DNA from: an uncultured bacterium
GTDB lineage: Bacteria; Bacillota_I; Bacilli_A; RF39; UBA660
Assembly (NCBI GenBank): GCA_947646655.1
Contig: CANSHI010000004.1
Location: 12,213 to 76,212 of the forward strand
DNA: 64,000 nucleotides
Direction of reading: 5' to 3'
Shown here piece after piece: positions 38,854 through 48,939 of the stretch (position 1 is its first letter; each line of letters begins with the position of its first letter). A program made the translations under genes and the position numbers. The notes beneath the pieces are model-generated. The model did no database searches, had not been told where the DNA came from, and saw nothing but the letters and a program-made list of their open reading frames with translations.

Positions 38854-40920
38854 TTAATGAAAAGTTTTAACAATCTTTTTTTGTTTCCTTAGAAGTTCTT
38901 CTTTAGCTAAGGCGACTGTCATTATTTGGTTAGCTATGTAACTAAATTCATGACCATAATGGCTACAATCAAATATTTCTGACCGATAAATAGTTAAAAT
39001 TTTAATTATATCAAGTTTAGATATTTTGATTGTAAGGTCATCATCGACAAAATATATTTCATCGAAGTTGAAAATGTCTTCATAATTACATCCATTTCCA
39101 GCTAAATAACTATTCCAGGCATCGTCTTCTTTGAAACAATAATTCAAAATTTTCGCAATGCTATCGATTAATGTATGTCTACAAGCATATAATTTACAAT
39201 CTCTAAATATAAGTGTTTTGACTTGACTAAAATCTATAAATTTTTTTGAAATATATTTTAAACTATTTGGAATACTTAGTGTATGTACTATAGGACCGTC
39301 GGTAGAGTTATTATCCATACCAACTTTTTGAAGTCCATCGTTTAAATACAAAAGATGAATCGGATCTTTCATATCTCCAAGAATATTACAATCTAAAATT
39401 CTCAAGGACTTTGGAAAAAATATTTCTGTTTTATTTTGTATGCTTTGTTTAAAATATGATAGCATGTTTCCCCCTATGTTACCTTTAATTTCTATTATAC
39501 CTTCTGGCAATGTATATTTAGAAGATGCTGGAGTGTTTTTCTTGATAAAATCATAAATATAATATAATTCAAAATCTTCGCTATCTTCCAAACTAGGTCT
39601 ATGATGATGTTCCATAAAAGGTGTATACTCAATTTCAAACTCGCTGGCAAGTGGAATTGCACGTTCTACACGTAAAGAATGATTGAATATATATTGAAAC
39701 TCTTGGGGTACCAATATCTTTTTAAAATATTCTCTTAAACCGAACTCTTTTTCACATTGTAATAAAAATATTGTTTTATTTCTATCTTTAAGCAGTTCTT
39801 CAAAATTAAACTTGTTTTCAGAATTTTTACATTCACGTTCTATAAACTTAATTGCTAAATTCATATCTTCGCCAAATTGGCTTTCCATATATGGATTTAC
39901 ACCAGTAATTATATTTTGTAGTATATCAGATAATATTTTTTGGTAGAATTTGGATTCAATGCCTCGACAGTTTTTAATTTCATCGTGCCAATTTGAAAAC
40001 ATGTCATAAGATAGCAGATAAAGCTTTAGTTCATACAATTTATAGAGTTCTTCATCACTTACCATATTTTTTCCAAAATAGTAATATACCTTATATAATT
40101 GTTCAACTTTTATAACGTCTTTTAATAAGTTTGCTCTATTGCTTTCAGTTACCTCAAATTCCCCTAATCTATCTAGTTGCGTATTTATTTCCTCTATTTT
40201 ATCTTTATTTTTATATACATAAATTTCCAATAACTTTTCTAAAAATGCTATTTTAATTTCTTTACTTATATTGGAATTTACGATATTTTCGGCATCGTCT
40301 TTAGAAACTCGATGGGCTAATATAGTTAATTCTTCTAACCTTTGGTCAATATGATCGTCTTCTTTAGTTTCTAAGGTAGAGAGTCGTATATAATTTTTAA
40401 TTTCATTAGTAGCATGTTCTTTTTGACTTTTAAAAATTAAATAATCATTTTCTAATATAGTTATTTCATTTGCAATTGTTGCTTTATTTCTGCTAGATAA
40501 AATTAGACTTTTTCTAAATACCTCTTTTAAAGCTTTAAGTCTTAAAAGGGCTTCTGTTTCTAGTTTTGCTATTTCTGCAAGATACAAGTTCATCTTTAAT
40601 AGTTTTGTTTTATTTGTAGTATTTCTAAGTTCAGTATTTTCATCAAATAAGTCTAACAACAGATTGATATATAAATTCAAGCTTCCTTGAAGTTCTGTAC
40701 TTTCTAAATCTTTCGAATTTAAGGTGTGACATTCTTTTACAATACTTGAATATTCACTTTTATATGCCTTATAACTTTCTAATTCTTGTTCAGTCAATTT
40801 ACTCTTTGGTGGCAGTTTAATTGTACTATTGAGATTAACTATAGCTACGTTATTTTTCTCATCATGCTTATTAAACATACTTAAGGCAAAATCCACCCAT
40901 TTTTTAAATTGTATTTTCAT
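38854..40920 (-). CDS. Orphan coiled-coil protein with short BspA-like LRR segment
   Basis: YTLPEGIIEI, FFPKSL, LNDGLQKV, IPNSLKYI repeats; start moved to ATG 40920. Confidence 0.65.
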   Translation of the reverse strand: MKIQFKKWVDFALSMFNKHDEKNNVAIVNLNSTIKLPPKSKLTEQELESYKAYKSEYSSIVKECHTLNSKDLESTELQGSLNLYINLLLDLFDENTELRNTTNKTKLLKMNLYLAEIAKLETEALLRLKALKEVFRKSLILSSRNKATIANEITILENDYLIFKSQKEHATNEIKNYIRLSTLETKEDDHIDQRLEELTILAHRVSKDDAENIVNSNISKEIKIAFLEKLLEIYVYKNKDKIEEINTQLDRLGEFEVTESNRANLLKDVIKVEQLYKVYYYFGKNMVSDEELYKLYELKLYLLSYDMFSNWHDEIKNCRGIESKFYQKILSDILQNIITGVNPYMESQFGEDMNLAIKFIERECKNSENKFNFEELLKDRNKTIFLLQCEKEFGLREYFKKILVPQEFQYIFNHSLRVERAIPLASEFEIEYTPFMEHHHRPSLEDSEDFELYYIYDFIKKNTPASSKYTLPEGIIEIKGNIGGNMLSYFKQSIQNKTEIFFPKSLRILDCNILGDMKDPIHLLYLNDGLQKVGMDNNSTDGPIVHTLSIPNSLKYISKKFIDFSQVKTLIFRDCKLYACRHTLIDSIAKILNYCFKEDDAWNSYLAGNGCNYEDIFNFDEIYFVDDDLTIKISKLDIIKILTIYRSEIFDCSHYGHEFSYIANQIMTVALAKEELLRKQKKIVKTFH

Positions 40921-40996
40921 AATAAAAAACCCCTCTTTTATGAGTAATATCTTAACATATTGCTGCTTGCTTGTCAACTACTAGTGAAAACTATAT

Positions 40997-41548
40997 TTAT
41001 ACGAAAATGTTTTTATCTTTTTTGTACAATGATCCAAGTTCGCGTGATTTCATAAGGTCTTCGACTAGAACTATTTTTCCCTTTTTTTGAGTTGTTTGTA
41101 TATCAATAATCCTTTGATTTGTTGAACCTCTAAATGGTGCATCTAAACTTCTATTTTCTATTTCAAACTTGCCATCAACCAAGACATCTATGTACTTAAA
41201 TAATTCTTTGCTTTTAGACATTTTTTCAACTTCTTCATAAGTAAATCCTGTATAAACCCAAATATCTAGCCCTCGTTTTTTTATAAATTTGGAAAGTTCT
41301 ATAACGGCATCTAATTGGTATAATGGGTCCCCACCCGAAAAAGTTATTCCTTTTTGTCCCTCAAGAGTACTTATTTCTTCTTTTAGTTCTTCTATATCGT
41401 ATTCAATTCCTCCCTTAAAATCGTGTGTACCAGGATTGTGACAATAAGGACAGGCATGAGCACATCCCTGTGTCCATACAACTGTCCTTATTCCCGTTCC
41501 ATCGACTACACTATCTCTTTGTAAAGGACTAGCTAGTCTGATTTTCAT
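40997..41548 (-). CDS. nrdG: Anaerobic RNR activase NrdG
   Basis: DSVVDGTGIR, CAHACPYC, SGGDP, FRGSTNQ. Confidence 0.95.
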   Translation of the reverse strand: MKIRLASPLQRDSVVDGTGIRTVVWTQGCAHACPYCHNPGTHDFKGGIEYDIEELKEEISTLEGQKGITFSGGDPLYQLDAVIELSKFIKKRGLDIWVYTGFTYEEVEKMSKSKELFKYIDVLVDGKFEIENRSLDAPFRGSTNQRIIDIQTTQKKGKIVLVEDLMKSRELGSLYKKDKNIFV

Positions 41549-41724
41549 TATTCACCTTTTTTGCATTCTAAGTTATCGAGGGAGTGCTTTACTCTATCAT
41601 GTTCTTCAGCACGTTTAGCGTTGTTAAATCTATCAACTGTTCCTACTAAATAACCTGTAATTCTTCTAATTCTTTCGAATTTTACTCCTTCTCCAACTAT
41701 TTTCTTTTCATTTGCGTTAATCAT
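41548..41724 (-). CDS. Stand-alone NrdD glycyl-radical domain, 58 aa (not in ORF track)
   Basis: MINANEKKIVGEGVKFERIRRITGYLVGTVDRFNNAKRAEEHDRVKHSLDNLECKKGE; AAGGAG RBS; TAATG overlap with nrdG. Confidence 0.88.
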   Translation of the reverse strand: MINANEKKIVGEGVKFERIRRITGYLVGTVDRFNNAKRAEEHDRVKHSLDNLECKKGE

Positions 41725-41750
41725 ATTTTATTTCTCCTTTTCTTTTTATT

Positions 41751-44015
41751 TTATTCTTCACAACTAGCGCATTCGTGTCTAGATTCATCAATTCTTTCAA
41801 TTGGTATTCCCTCTGATTCATGTCTTCCACAACCTGGGCATACATCCCCTATCACACCTGTATAACCACATACTGGGTCTCTATCTACTGGATGGTTGAT
41901 GGCTGCATATCCCATTTTATTGTCATGCATACATCTAACGATCGCTTCAAAAGCCTCTAAATTGTTGACCGTGTCGCCATCTAACTCTATGTATGAGATA
42001 TGCCCTGCATTAGTTAAAGCGTGATAAGGTCCTTCGATTTTAATTTTATCGACTATGGGTATATTATATCTGACTGGTATATGGAAAGAGTTTGTATAGT
42101 ATTCTTTATCAGTAACACCAGGAATGGTTCCATAAATACTTTTATCTAAGCCTGTAAACTTACCTGATAAACCTTCAGCTGGTGTTGCAAGTAAGGTAAA
42201 ATTAAGCTTGTATTGCTCGGAAATATTATCTACTCTTTCCCTCATATGAGTAATAATTTCGAAACCTAATTTTCTAGCTTCTTCTGTTTCACCATGGTGT
42301 GTTCCTATGAGGGCAGTTAAACATTCGGCAAGACCTATAAAACCTATTCCTAATGAGCCATTTCTTAAAATAGGTGTAATGTCATCTTCATCGGTTAAGT
42401 TTTCCGAACCGATAAACAAACCTTGTCCCAATAAGAATGGAAAGTTATACTTCTTTTTTGTACATTGAATTTTAAATCTTTCTAAAAGTTGATCTTTTAC
42501 TAAATCGATCTTTTCATCTAATTCTTTATAGAAAGCATCTAAGTCAGCGTTTTCGTTACTAACAATTCCATGTTTAATACCTAATCTTACTAAGTTAATA
42601 GTAGTAAATGATAAATTACCACGGCCTGTTGCAATTTCTTTATCAGGATTAGCTACATTTCCCATAACTCTTGTACGGCATCCCATATAAGCTACTTCTG
42701 TATTAGGGTCCCCTTCTTTATAATATTGTAAGTTAAATGGTGAATCGATAAATGAGAAGTTAGGGAAAAGTCTCTTAGCTGAAACTTTACACGATAATTT
42801 GAATAAATCATAGTTTGGGTCTTTCTCATTATAGTTTATTCCTTCTTTTACTTTAAAAATGGAAATTGGAAATATAGGTGTTTCTCCCCTACCCAAACCT
42901 GCGTCTAATGCAAGCAAGTAATTTCTTATAACCATTCTTCCTTCAAAAGATGTATCAGTACCAAAATTTATTGAACTAAATGGAACTTGGGCACCTGCAC
43001 GTGAATGCATAGTATTTAAATTATGAATAAATGCTTCCATTGCTTGAAATGTCATTCTGTCAGTTTTGGCAAGTGCATTATCATAAGCTTTTTTGAATAT
43101 TTTTTCTAATTCTTTGTCTTTTTCATAAAACTCTTTAAAATTTTTAATTTCAAAATCGATTTTTGGCAAACTTTCAATTTTTTCGATTACTTTATTAAAG
43201 TCTACTTTTTTAGTGTCATCTAATAAATCGAGATAGTCACGAAGTGCCTGTTTAAACTCTTTTTTAAATGTTATTTTAACTCCCGGAGCCATATAATAAT
43301 CGAATGCTGGAATACTCTGCCCTCCGTGTTGGTCATTTTGGTTAGACTGAACTGCAATTGCAGCAAGGGCTGAATACGATATTATTCCTTGAGGAGGTCT
43401 TAGATGACCATGCCCTGTCGAGAATCCTTTTTTAAATAAATGATCTAAATTAATTTGACAGCAAGTTGTCGTTCCCATCGGTAAGAAGTCCATATCATGA
43501 ATATAAATATCTCCTTCATCATGAGCACTTGCAAATTTTGCATTCATCATATAACTTTTGGCAAATTCGCGAGATAATGTGGAACCATATTGTAACATGG
43601 TACCCATAGGTGTATTGCCGTCTACGTTGGCATTGTCTCTTTTGGAGTCTTCTTCAATAGCTGTTTTAAGCGATAAATTTTCTATCGCTTTCATGAGCTT
43701 ATGTTGTCTATTTTGGAATGCTTTACGTGATTCATTTCTTCTAAGCCTATAACTTGCAAAAGAATCACATATATCGACATAACCCATTTCTTTTAAACTT
43801 TTTTCTATTATATCTTGTATTTCTTCGATTGGAATATTGTCATCTGGAGCATAATTGTTTTCGATTTCCTCCATGACTTTAACAAATACTTTATTGTGAT
43901 CGTCTTCAGAATATGACACAGGCGTATTAGTGTTTACAAAGCCTTTTCTAATAGCAACTGCAATTTTAGCACTGTTGAATGTTACTAATTTTCCATCTCT
44001 TTTTACTACTTTCAT
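41751..44015 (-). CDS. nrdD: Class III ribonucleotide reductase NrdD with ATP-cone, lacking the glycyl-radical loop
   Basis: KVVKRDG ATP-cone, TTTCCQ, YMGCRT, ATPAEGL, YYTNSFH, Zn site; no RITGY motif. Confidence 0.93.
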   Translation of the reverse strand: MKVVKRDGKLVTFNSAKIAVAIRKGFVNTNTPVSYSEDDHNKVFVKVMEEIENNYAPDDNIPIEEIQDIIEKSLKEMGYVDICDSFASYRLRRNESRKAFQNRQHKLMKAIENLSLKTAIEEDSKRDNANVDGNTPMGTMLQYGSTLSREFAKSYMMNAKFASAHDEGDIYIHDMDFLPMGTTTCCQINLDHLFKKGFSTGHGHLRPPQGIISYSALAAIAVQSNQNDQHGGQSIPAFDYYMAPGVKITFKKEFKQALRDYLDLLDDTKKVDFNKVIEKIESLPKIDFEIKNFKEFYEKDKELEKIFKKAYDNALAKTDRMTFQAMEAFIHNLNTMHSRAGAQVPFSSINFGTDTSFEGRMVIRNYLLALDAGLGRGETPIFPISIFKVKEGINYNEKDPNYDLFKLSCKVSAKRLFPNFSFIDSPFNLQYYKEGDPNTEVAYMGCRTRVMGNVANPDKEIATGRGNLSFTTINLVRLGIKHGIVSNENADLDAFYKELDEKIDLVKDQLLERFKIQCTKKKYNFPFLLGQGLFIGSENLTDEDDITPILRNGSLGIGFIGLAECLTALIGTHHGETEEARKLGFEIITHMRERVDNISEQYKLNFTLLATPAEGLSGKFTGLDKSIYGTIPGVTDKEYYTNSFHIPVRYNIPIVDKIKIEGPYHALTNAGHISYIELDGDTVNNLEAFEAIVRCMHDNKMGYAAINHPVDRDPVCGYTGVIGDVCPGCGRHESEGIPIERIDESRHECASCEE

Positions 44016-44230
44016 AATTTTTCTCTCCTTCTATGTTGTGCTTTAAGTATAACATCATACAAAAAGAATTGTTGTTGCATTTGCAACTAAATTAAAACTT
44101 TTTTAAATTTGTTTTTTAAAGCCTGATTTTATGTAAAAAAAATTATAGTCAAACAAAAAATTTCATAAAAAAATTATTTGTTTTTTCTAAACTTTAATAA
44201 AAAAAGAGGTGTTAACCTCGTTAAATAAAA

Positions 44231-45094
44231 TTATTTTGGTTTTTTCTTTGGATTAATAGTAAAAGGCTTTGCATCAGTCCTCTTACTTTCTTCATGTTTC
44301 TTGATAATGTGAATAGAAGAGTTATCTTCGTCCGTTGTAACAGATTGTGCTTTTTCTTCTAATAATTCACGTTTTAAGTCTTCTAATGCTTTCTTTAGTT
44401 CAAGGACTGATTCTTGTGAGGGTAATGAAGTATTTTCTTTATGTTCTTTATTATCACTTAAATCTTTATCTAAACTGCTATTTGAAATATCAATAAGCGT
44501 TTCTATTTCTCTATCAGAGAGATTCAGATATTTTTCTATTAAACACATAAAAGCAATTTCACGAGCTTCAACAACCTTTTTCTTTTGGTCTTCAATCGTT
44601 AATCTTTCTGCTGAGCCACTAACCTTTAAAATAGTAATATCATCTAATGATTTACCTACCTCATAAAAGATTTCACCTTGTTCATTATTATTATCAATTT
44701 TAAGTGATTTTGCTGTTTTCAACCTTTTTTCATATTTTATTGGTACAATCAATGCATTTAAACCTGTCGGATGTTTTAAGTATTCTGTTTTTTCTATTTC
44801 TGACATTTCTTCTAAAACATCCATTACATTTAGTTGATCGAGTATCGTGAAGCGAGCATTATTGTAGCTTATAGTTTCTTTTAATACTAGCCACATATTA
44901 AATAGTGGTATTAACATAGATAGAAGCGTAGCCTTTATTGCATTTGGATTTAATTGCTTTACTAATTCTGCCTGCCTTTTTGAGTCAATTTTATATCCAG
45001 CATCTGCCACATCTTTATTCATTCTCAAGTTATTCGCTATTGCCATCCCAAAACTTGCAATTATTGTTGCTAACCATAAAAATATATATTCCAT
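44231..45094 (-). CDS. Orphan membrane protein
   Basis: Two N-terminal hydrophobic segments; acidic then basic tail. Confidence 0.65.
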   Translation of the reverse strand: MEYIFLWLATIIASFGMAIANNLRMNKDVADAGYKIDSKRQAELVKQLNPNAIKATLLSMLIPLFNMWLVLKETISYNNARFTILDQLNVMDVLEEMSEIEKTEYLKHPTGLNALIVPIKYEKRLKTAKSLKIDNNNEQGEIFYEVGKSLDDITILKVSGSAERLTIEDQKKKVVEAREIAFMCLIEKYLNLSDREIETLIDISNSSLDKDLSDNKEHKENTSLPSQESVLELKKALEDLKRELLEEKAQSVTTDEDNSSIHIIKKHEESKRTDAKPFTINPKKKPK

Positions 45095-45272
45095 AATATC
45101 CCCCTGAAATCGAGTATTACTATATCATAATGGCCTATGAGTGTCAAGATTTTCTTTGCTTAAAGTATTGACAACACAGCTTCGAAAAAAGTAAAATGCT
45201 CAACTTTTGGCAAATAATAACAGAAATAATTGTCGAATTATGGGACAAAATAATATTGTGGAAGTGATTTAC

Positions 45273-46256
45273 ATGAAAAAATTTAATAAATTTCTATTAG
45301 CATTATCGATAAGTTTAGCCATGCCTTTAAATGCTTTAGCTTATTCAGAATATATTATCCCAGGAGGAGAATCTGTCGGAATCGAGATAAATAGTGATGG
45401 CATATTAGTTGTCGGTTTCTATAAAGTTAATGACCGATATAATAAGGGAAATCCTTCGATAAAAGTGGGAGACAAAATTCAAGAAGTAAATGGGAAAACA
45501 GTAAACTCTGTTGAAGAGATGGTTAATTCTATGGAAGAAAATGTCGATAGAGGCATAGCATCGATAAAAGTATTACGTGATGGAAAAGAAAAGTTTATCG
45601 ATTTGGAACTTGTTAAAGATGGTGGCTCTTATAAGACAGGACTATATGTCAAGGATGAGATTACAGGTATAGGGACTTTAACTTACGTAGATCCTGAGAC
45701 TCTTATATATGGAGCTCTAGGACATAATGTTGTAGAATCCAATACTAACCGCTTAGTAGAAGTTAAAACGGGAACTATATTTAGAAGTAGCATAACTTCA
45801 ATCGATCGAAGTGTGGCTGGTACACCAGGTGGAAAGAATGCGAAATTTTATTCTTCGAAAATTTATGGAACGATAAAGAAAAACACTACTTCTGGTATTT
45901 ATGGTATGTATACGGATACTGTCCCTGATAAGAATGCTTTAAAAGTTGCGAAGCCTGAAGAGATCGAATTAGGCGAAGCTAAAATATATACGGTTTTAAA
46001 TGGTGAGACTTTGGGTGAATATACAATCAATATTACAAAAGTAGACCCTGACAATCCAGTTAAAAATATTTATTTCGAAGTTACCGACCAAACTTTGCTC
46101 GAGAAAACTGGAGGAATCGTGCAAGGAATGAGTGGTAGTCCGATCATACAAGGTGATAAGATCATAGGGGCTGTAACACATGTCGTAATTTCTAATCCTT
46201 CCAGTGGATATGGTATAAATATTACTACAATGCTCGAAGAAGGAGAGAAAAAATAG
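45273..46256 (+). CDS. spoIVB: SpoIVB peptidase (S55, with PDZ domain)
   Basis: GIGTLTY, GALGH, GGIVQGMSGSPIIQ, GAVTHV. Confidence 0.95.
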   Translation: MKKFNKFLLALSISLAMPLNALAYSEYIIPGGESVGIEINSDGILVVGFYKVNDRYNKGNPSIKVGDKIQEVNGKTVNSVEEMVNSMEENVDRGIASIKVLRDGKEKFIDLELVKDGGSYKTGLYVKDEITGIGTLTYVDPETLIYGALGHNVVESNTNRLVEVKTGTIFRSSITSIDRSVAGTPGGKNAKFYSSKIYGTIKKNTTSGIYGMYTDTVPDKNALKVAKPEEIELGEAKIYTVLNGETLGEYTINITKVDPDNPVKNIYFEVTDQTLLEKTGGIVQGMSGSPIIQGDKIIGAVTHVVISNPSSGYGINITTMLEEGEKK

Positions 46257-46345
46257 AGTTAATGATTATTAGCTCTTTTTTGTTGCATTTACAACATATG
46301 TCTTATGATTTATATGTTATACTCTTTATTATAGGAGGAGTAAAA

Positions 46346-46858
46346 ATGAAAGAAATAATTGTAATTAATGGACCCGCTGGTATAGGAAAGGATTCTTTTG
46401 TAAAAGAGTTTTCGAAATATCGAAAGACTATAAATTTCTCATCCGTAGATAAAGTTAAAGAAGTTGCTAAAATCATCGGTTGGACAGGAGCAAAACTCGA
46501 AAAAGATAGAAAGTTTTTAAGCGATTTAAAAGCTTTAACTACTAAGTATAACGATATGTCATATGTCGATACAGTAGAGGCGATTCGGAAATTCAAGAAA
46601 AGTGACAATGAATATATGTTTATACATATTAGAGAAAAAGAAGACATAGAAAGGATTGTCAAAGAATTTAAAGCGACTACTTTATTAATAGTTAAGGACA
46701 ATGTGGAAATTATAGCTTCCAATGTAAGTGATGCCAATATTTTTGAATATGAAAAGTATGATTATACAATTAAAATTGATGTATTAGAAAATTTAGAAAA
46801 ATATGTTAAAGATTTTATTAAGGTTTTAGAAGATAACGAAAATAAGCATACTACTTAA
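46346..46858 (+). CDS. P-loop (d)NMP-kinase-like protein
   Basis: INGPAGIGKD, DRKFL, HIRE; GGAGG RBS. Confidence 0.65.
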   Translation: MKEIIVINGPAGIGKDSFVKEFSKYRKTINFSSVDKVKEVAKIIGWTGAKLEKDRKFLSDLKALTTKYNDMSYVDTVEAIRKFKKSDNEYMFIHIREKEDIERIVKEFKATTLLIVKDNVEIIASNVSDANIFEYEKYDYTIKIDVLENLEKYVKDFIKVLEDNENKHTT

Positions 46859-46879
46859 TGTATATGCTCATTTTTTATA

Positions 46880-47113
46880 TTATTCTGCTGGTGTTTCGAA
46901 ATCTTTTAATTCGCCGTTTTCAGTCAAAATTTTATTTACCTTTTCTGTAGCAGCATTCAGTTTGTCACCACAAACTTTAGCTAATTTCATTCCATTAGTA
47001 AATTTTTCAATCGCATCGTCTAAACTACAAGATCCCGTTTCTAACTCTTTAACTATGAGTTCTAATTCTGTTAAATTTTCTTCGAATGTCTTTTCTTTTT
47101 TTTCTGTTTCCAT
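46880..47113 (-). CDS. xseB: Exonuclease VII small subunit
   Basis: FEE.L.ELE.IV..LE.G..SLDDAI..F..G. Confidence 0.95.
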   Translation of the reverse strand: METEKKEKTFEENLTELELIVKELETGSCSLDDAIEKFTNGMKLAKVCGDKLNAATEKVNKILTENGELKDFETPAE

Positions 47114-47115
47114 TA

Positions 47116-48447
47116 CTATTTCTCCTTTGATTCCTTTACTTCGGCTAAAATATAACCAGAAGATAGTCTAATATCTATTTTATCCCCTTTTTTTACACTT
47201 TTATAATCGGATATTACTTTATTATCGGATGAAACAACAGAATATCCTTTTTTTAATATTCCTAAGGGATTTAAAAGTTCTAGTTTATTTAGCAATAATT
47301 CATAATGTTTACTTTTATCTTTATTTATATTTCCGATAGAAGACTTTAGTCTAGTTTCCAACAATAAAATTTTCTCTCTATCTTTTTCGTAAAAAGAAAG
47401 AGGATTTTTGAGAACATATGATTCTCTTACTTTAGCAAGTCTAGAATTAGAAAGCTCAATTTTATTTTTAATAAAGTTTTCTAGTTTATCGATAAGCCCT
47501 GATAAATTTTGTTCTTTTACTTCATAAAAAGCGGTAGGATTTTTTAGAACATAAGCATTTTTTAATGCTTCTAATCTTTTTGAATTTAATTCTATTTTTT
47601 TAGAAATGCTATTTTGTAATCTGATTTTGTAATTTTCTATAAGACTTATGACATCAGCCATATTGGGCACAGCCATCTCAGCAGCTCCTGTTGGAGTAGG
47701 TGCTCTTAAGTCTGCTACAAAGTCAGCAATCGTAAAGTCGACTTCGTGTCCAACTGCACTTATGACGGGTATAGTGCATTCATAAATAGCGCGAGCAACA
47801 ATTTCTTCATTGAACGCCCATAAATCTTCTATTGAACCTCCCCCACGTCCAACTATGAGGACATCTAATTCATAATTTTCAGCTAACTTAATATTTTCTG
47901 TTACACTATACTTTGCCGTTTCTCCTTGAACTAGAGCTGGAAATAAAATCGTTTCTGCGACAGGGAAGCGCCTTTTTATAGTCGATAATATATCTCTAAT
48001 TGCTGCTCCTGTTGGTGCTGTTATAACCCCTATTCTTCTCGGATATTTTGGTATAGGTTTTTTATGTTCTTTTTTAAAAAGTCCTTGTGCTTCTAATTCT
48101 TTTTTTAACTTCTCATAAGCTATGTAGAGTTCCCCTATGCCATCAGGTTGCATTTTGCTAACTACTATTTGATATTTGCCTGTATTTTCATAAACAGTTA
48201 CTTTTCCTTCGACAAAAACTTTTGTACCTTCTTTTGGTTCAAAATTAAGTGTTGAAGCAGAGGTAGCGAACATAATTGCACTTATTATGCTAGTCTCGTC
48301 TTTAAGACTAAAATAAAGATGTCCTCTCGAGTGAAGTTTGAAATTGCTTATTTCGCCTTTTAAATATACATATCCAAGGTGAGGATCAGCTTCAAATTTT
48401 CTTTTGAGATAATTATTTAATTGACTAACTGTTATATAATTTGCCAT
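47116..48447 (-). CDS. xseA: Exonuclease VII large subunit
   Basis: GEISN, GHLYFSLKD, RGGGSIEDL, GHEVD, PTPT. Confidence 0.97.
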   Translation of the reverse strand: MANYITVSQLNNYLKRKFEADPHLGYVYLKGEISNFKLHSRGHLYFSLKDETSIISAIMFATSASTLNFEPKEGTKVFVEGKVTVYENTGKYQIVVSKMQPDGIGELYIAYEKLKKELEAQGLFKKEHKKPIPKYPRRIGVITAPTGAAIRDILSTIKRRFPVAETILFPALVQGETAKYSVTENIKLAENYELDVLIVGRGGGSIEDLWAFNEEIVARAIYECTIPVISAVGHEVDFTIADFVADLRAPTPTGAAEMAVPNMADVISLIENYKIRLQNSISKKIELNSKRLEALKNAYVLKNPTAFYEVKEQNLSGLIDKLENFIKNKIELSNSRLAKVRESYVLKNPLSFYEKDREKILLLETRLKSSIGNINKDKSKHYELLLNKLELLNPLGILKKGYSVVSSDNKVISDYKSVKKGDKIDIRLSSGYILAEVKESKEK

Positions 48448-48449
48448 TA

Positions 48450-48851
48450 CTATTCTTTTTCCTTCATATACTTGTCTAAAACTGCATTGATCATCTTGCG
48501 TACTTGATCGTCAGAGTATTTTTTCGCAAGCTCGATGGCCTCATTGATGACGACTTTTATAGGAGTATCAGTATATTTCATTTCATAAAGAGCTATGCGA
48601 AGAATACAAGCTCCTGTTATTTCAATGCGGTTAATATCCCACTCTTCTAAATATTTGTTAGCTAAAGTATTTAATTCATCATAATATGTATTTACTCCAT
48701 AAACTATTTCTTTAACGAACTCGTTTTCAACTTCAAGATTTTCTTTAATACAATCCTCAATTTCAAATTTTAATTTGTTTTGTTTATATATTTCAATTTC
48801 ATATAATATAGTCATTATTTTAACTCTTAGTTCACTTCTTGTAGATTGCAT
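48450..48851 (-). CDS. nusB: Transcription antitermination factor NusB
   Basis: ILRIALYE, VVINEAIELAKKY, INAVLD. Confidence 0.93.
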   Translation of the reverse strand: MQSTRSELRVKIMTILYEIEIYKQNKLKFEIEDCIKENLEVENEFVKEIVYGVNTYYDELNTLANKYLEEWDINRIEITGACILRIALYEMKYTDTPIKVVINEAIELAKKYSDDQVRKMINAVLDKYMKEKE

Positions 48852-48939
48852 TTTTTTTCCTCCTAACTCTTTTCTTTGCATAAAATGATTATAACAGAAA
48901 AAGACCATTTGGTCCATATTTTATAATTATTTTTCTATA

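Noticed and set aside
41725-41800. nrdD as a frameshifted pseudogene or intron-split gene
   Set aside because: The downstream ORF has its own RBS and ATG and a duplicated junction segment; the 26-nt gap is too small for an intron.
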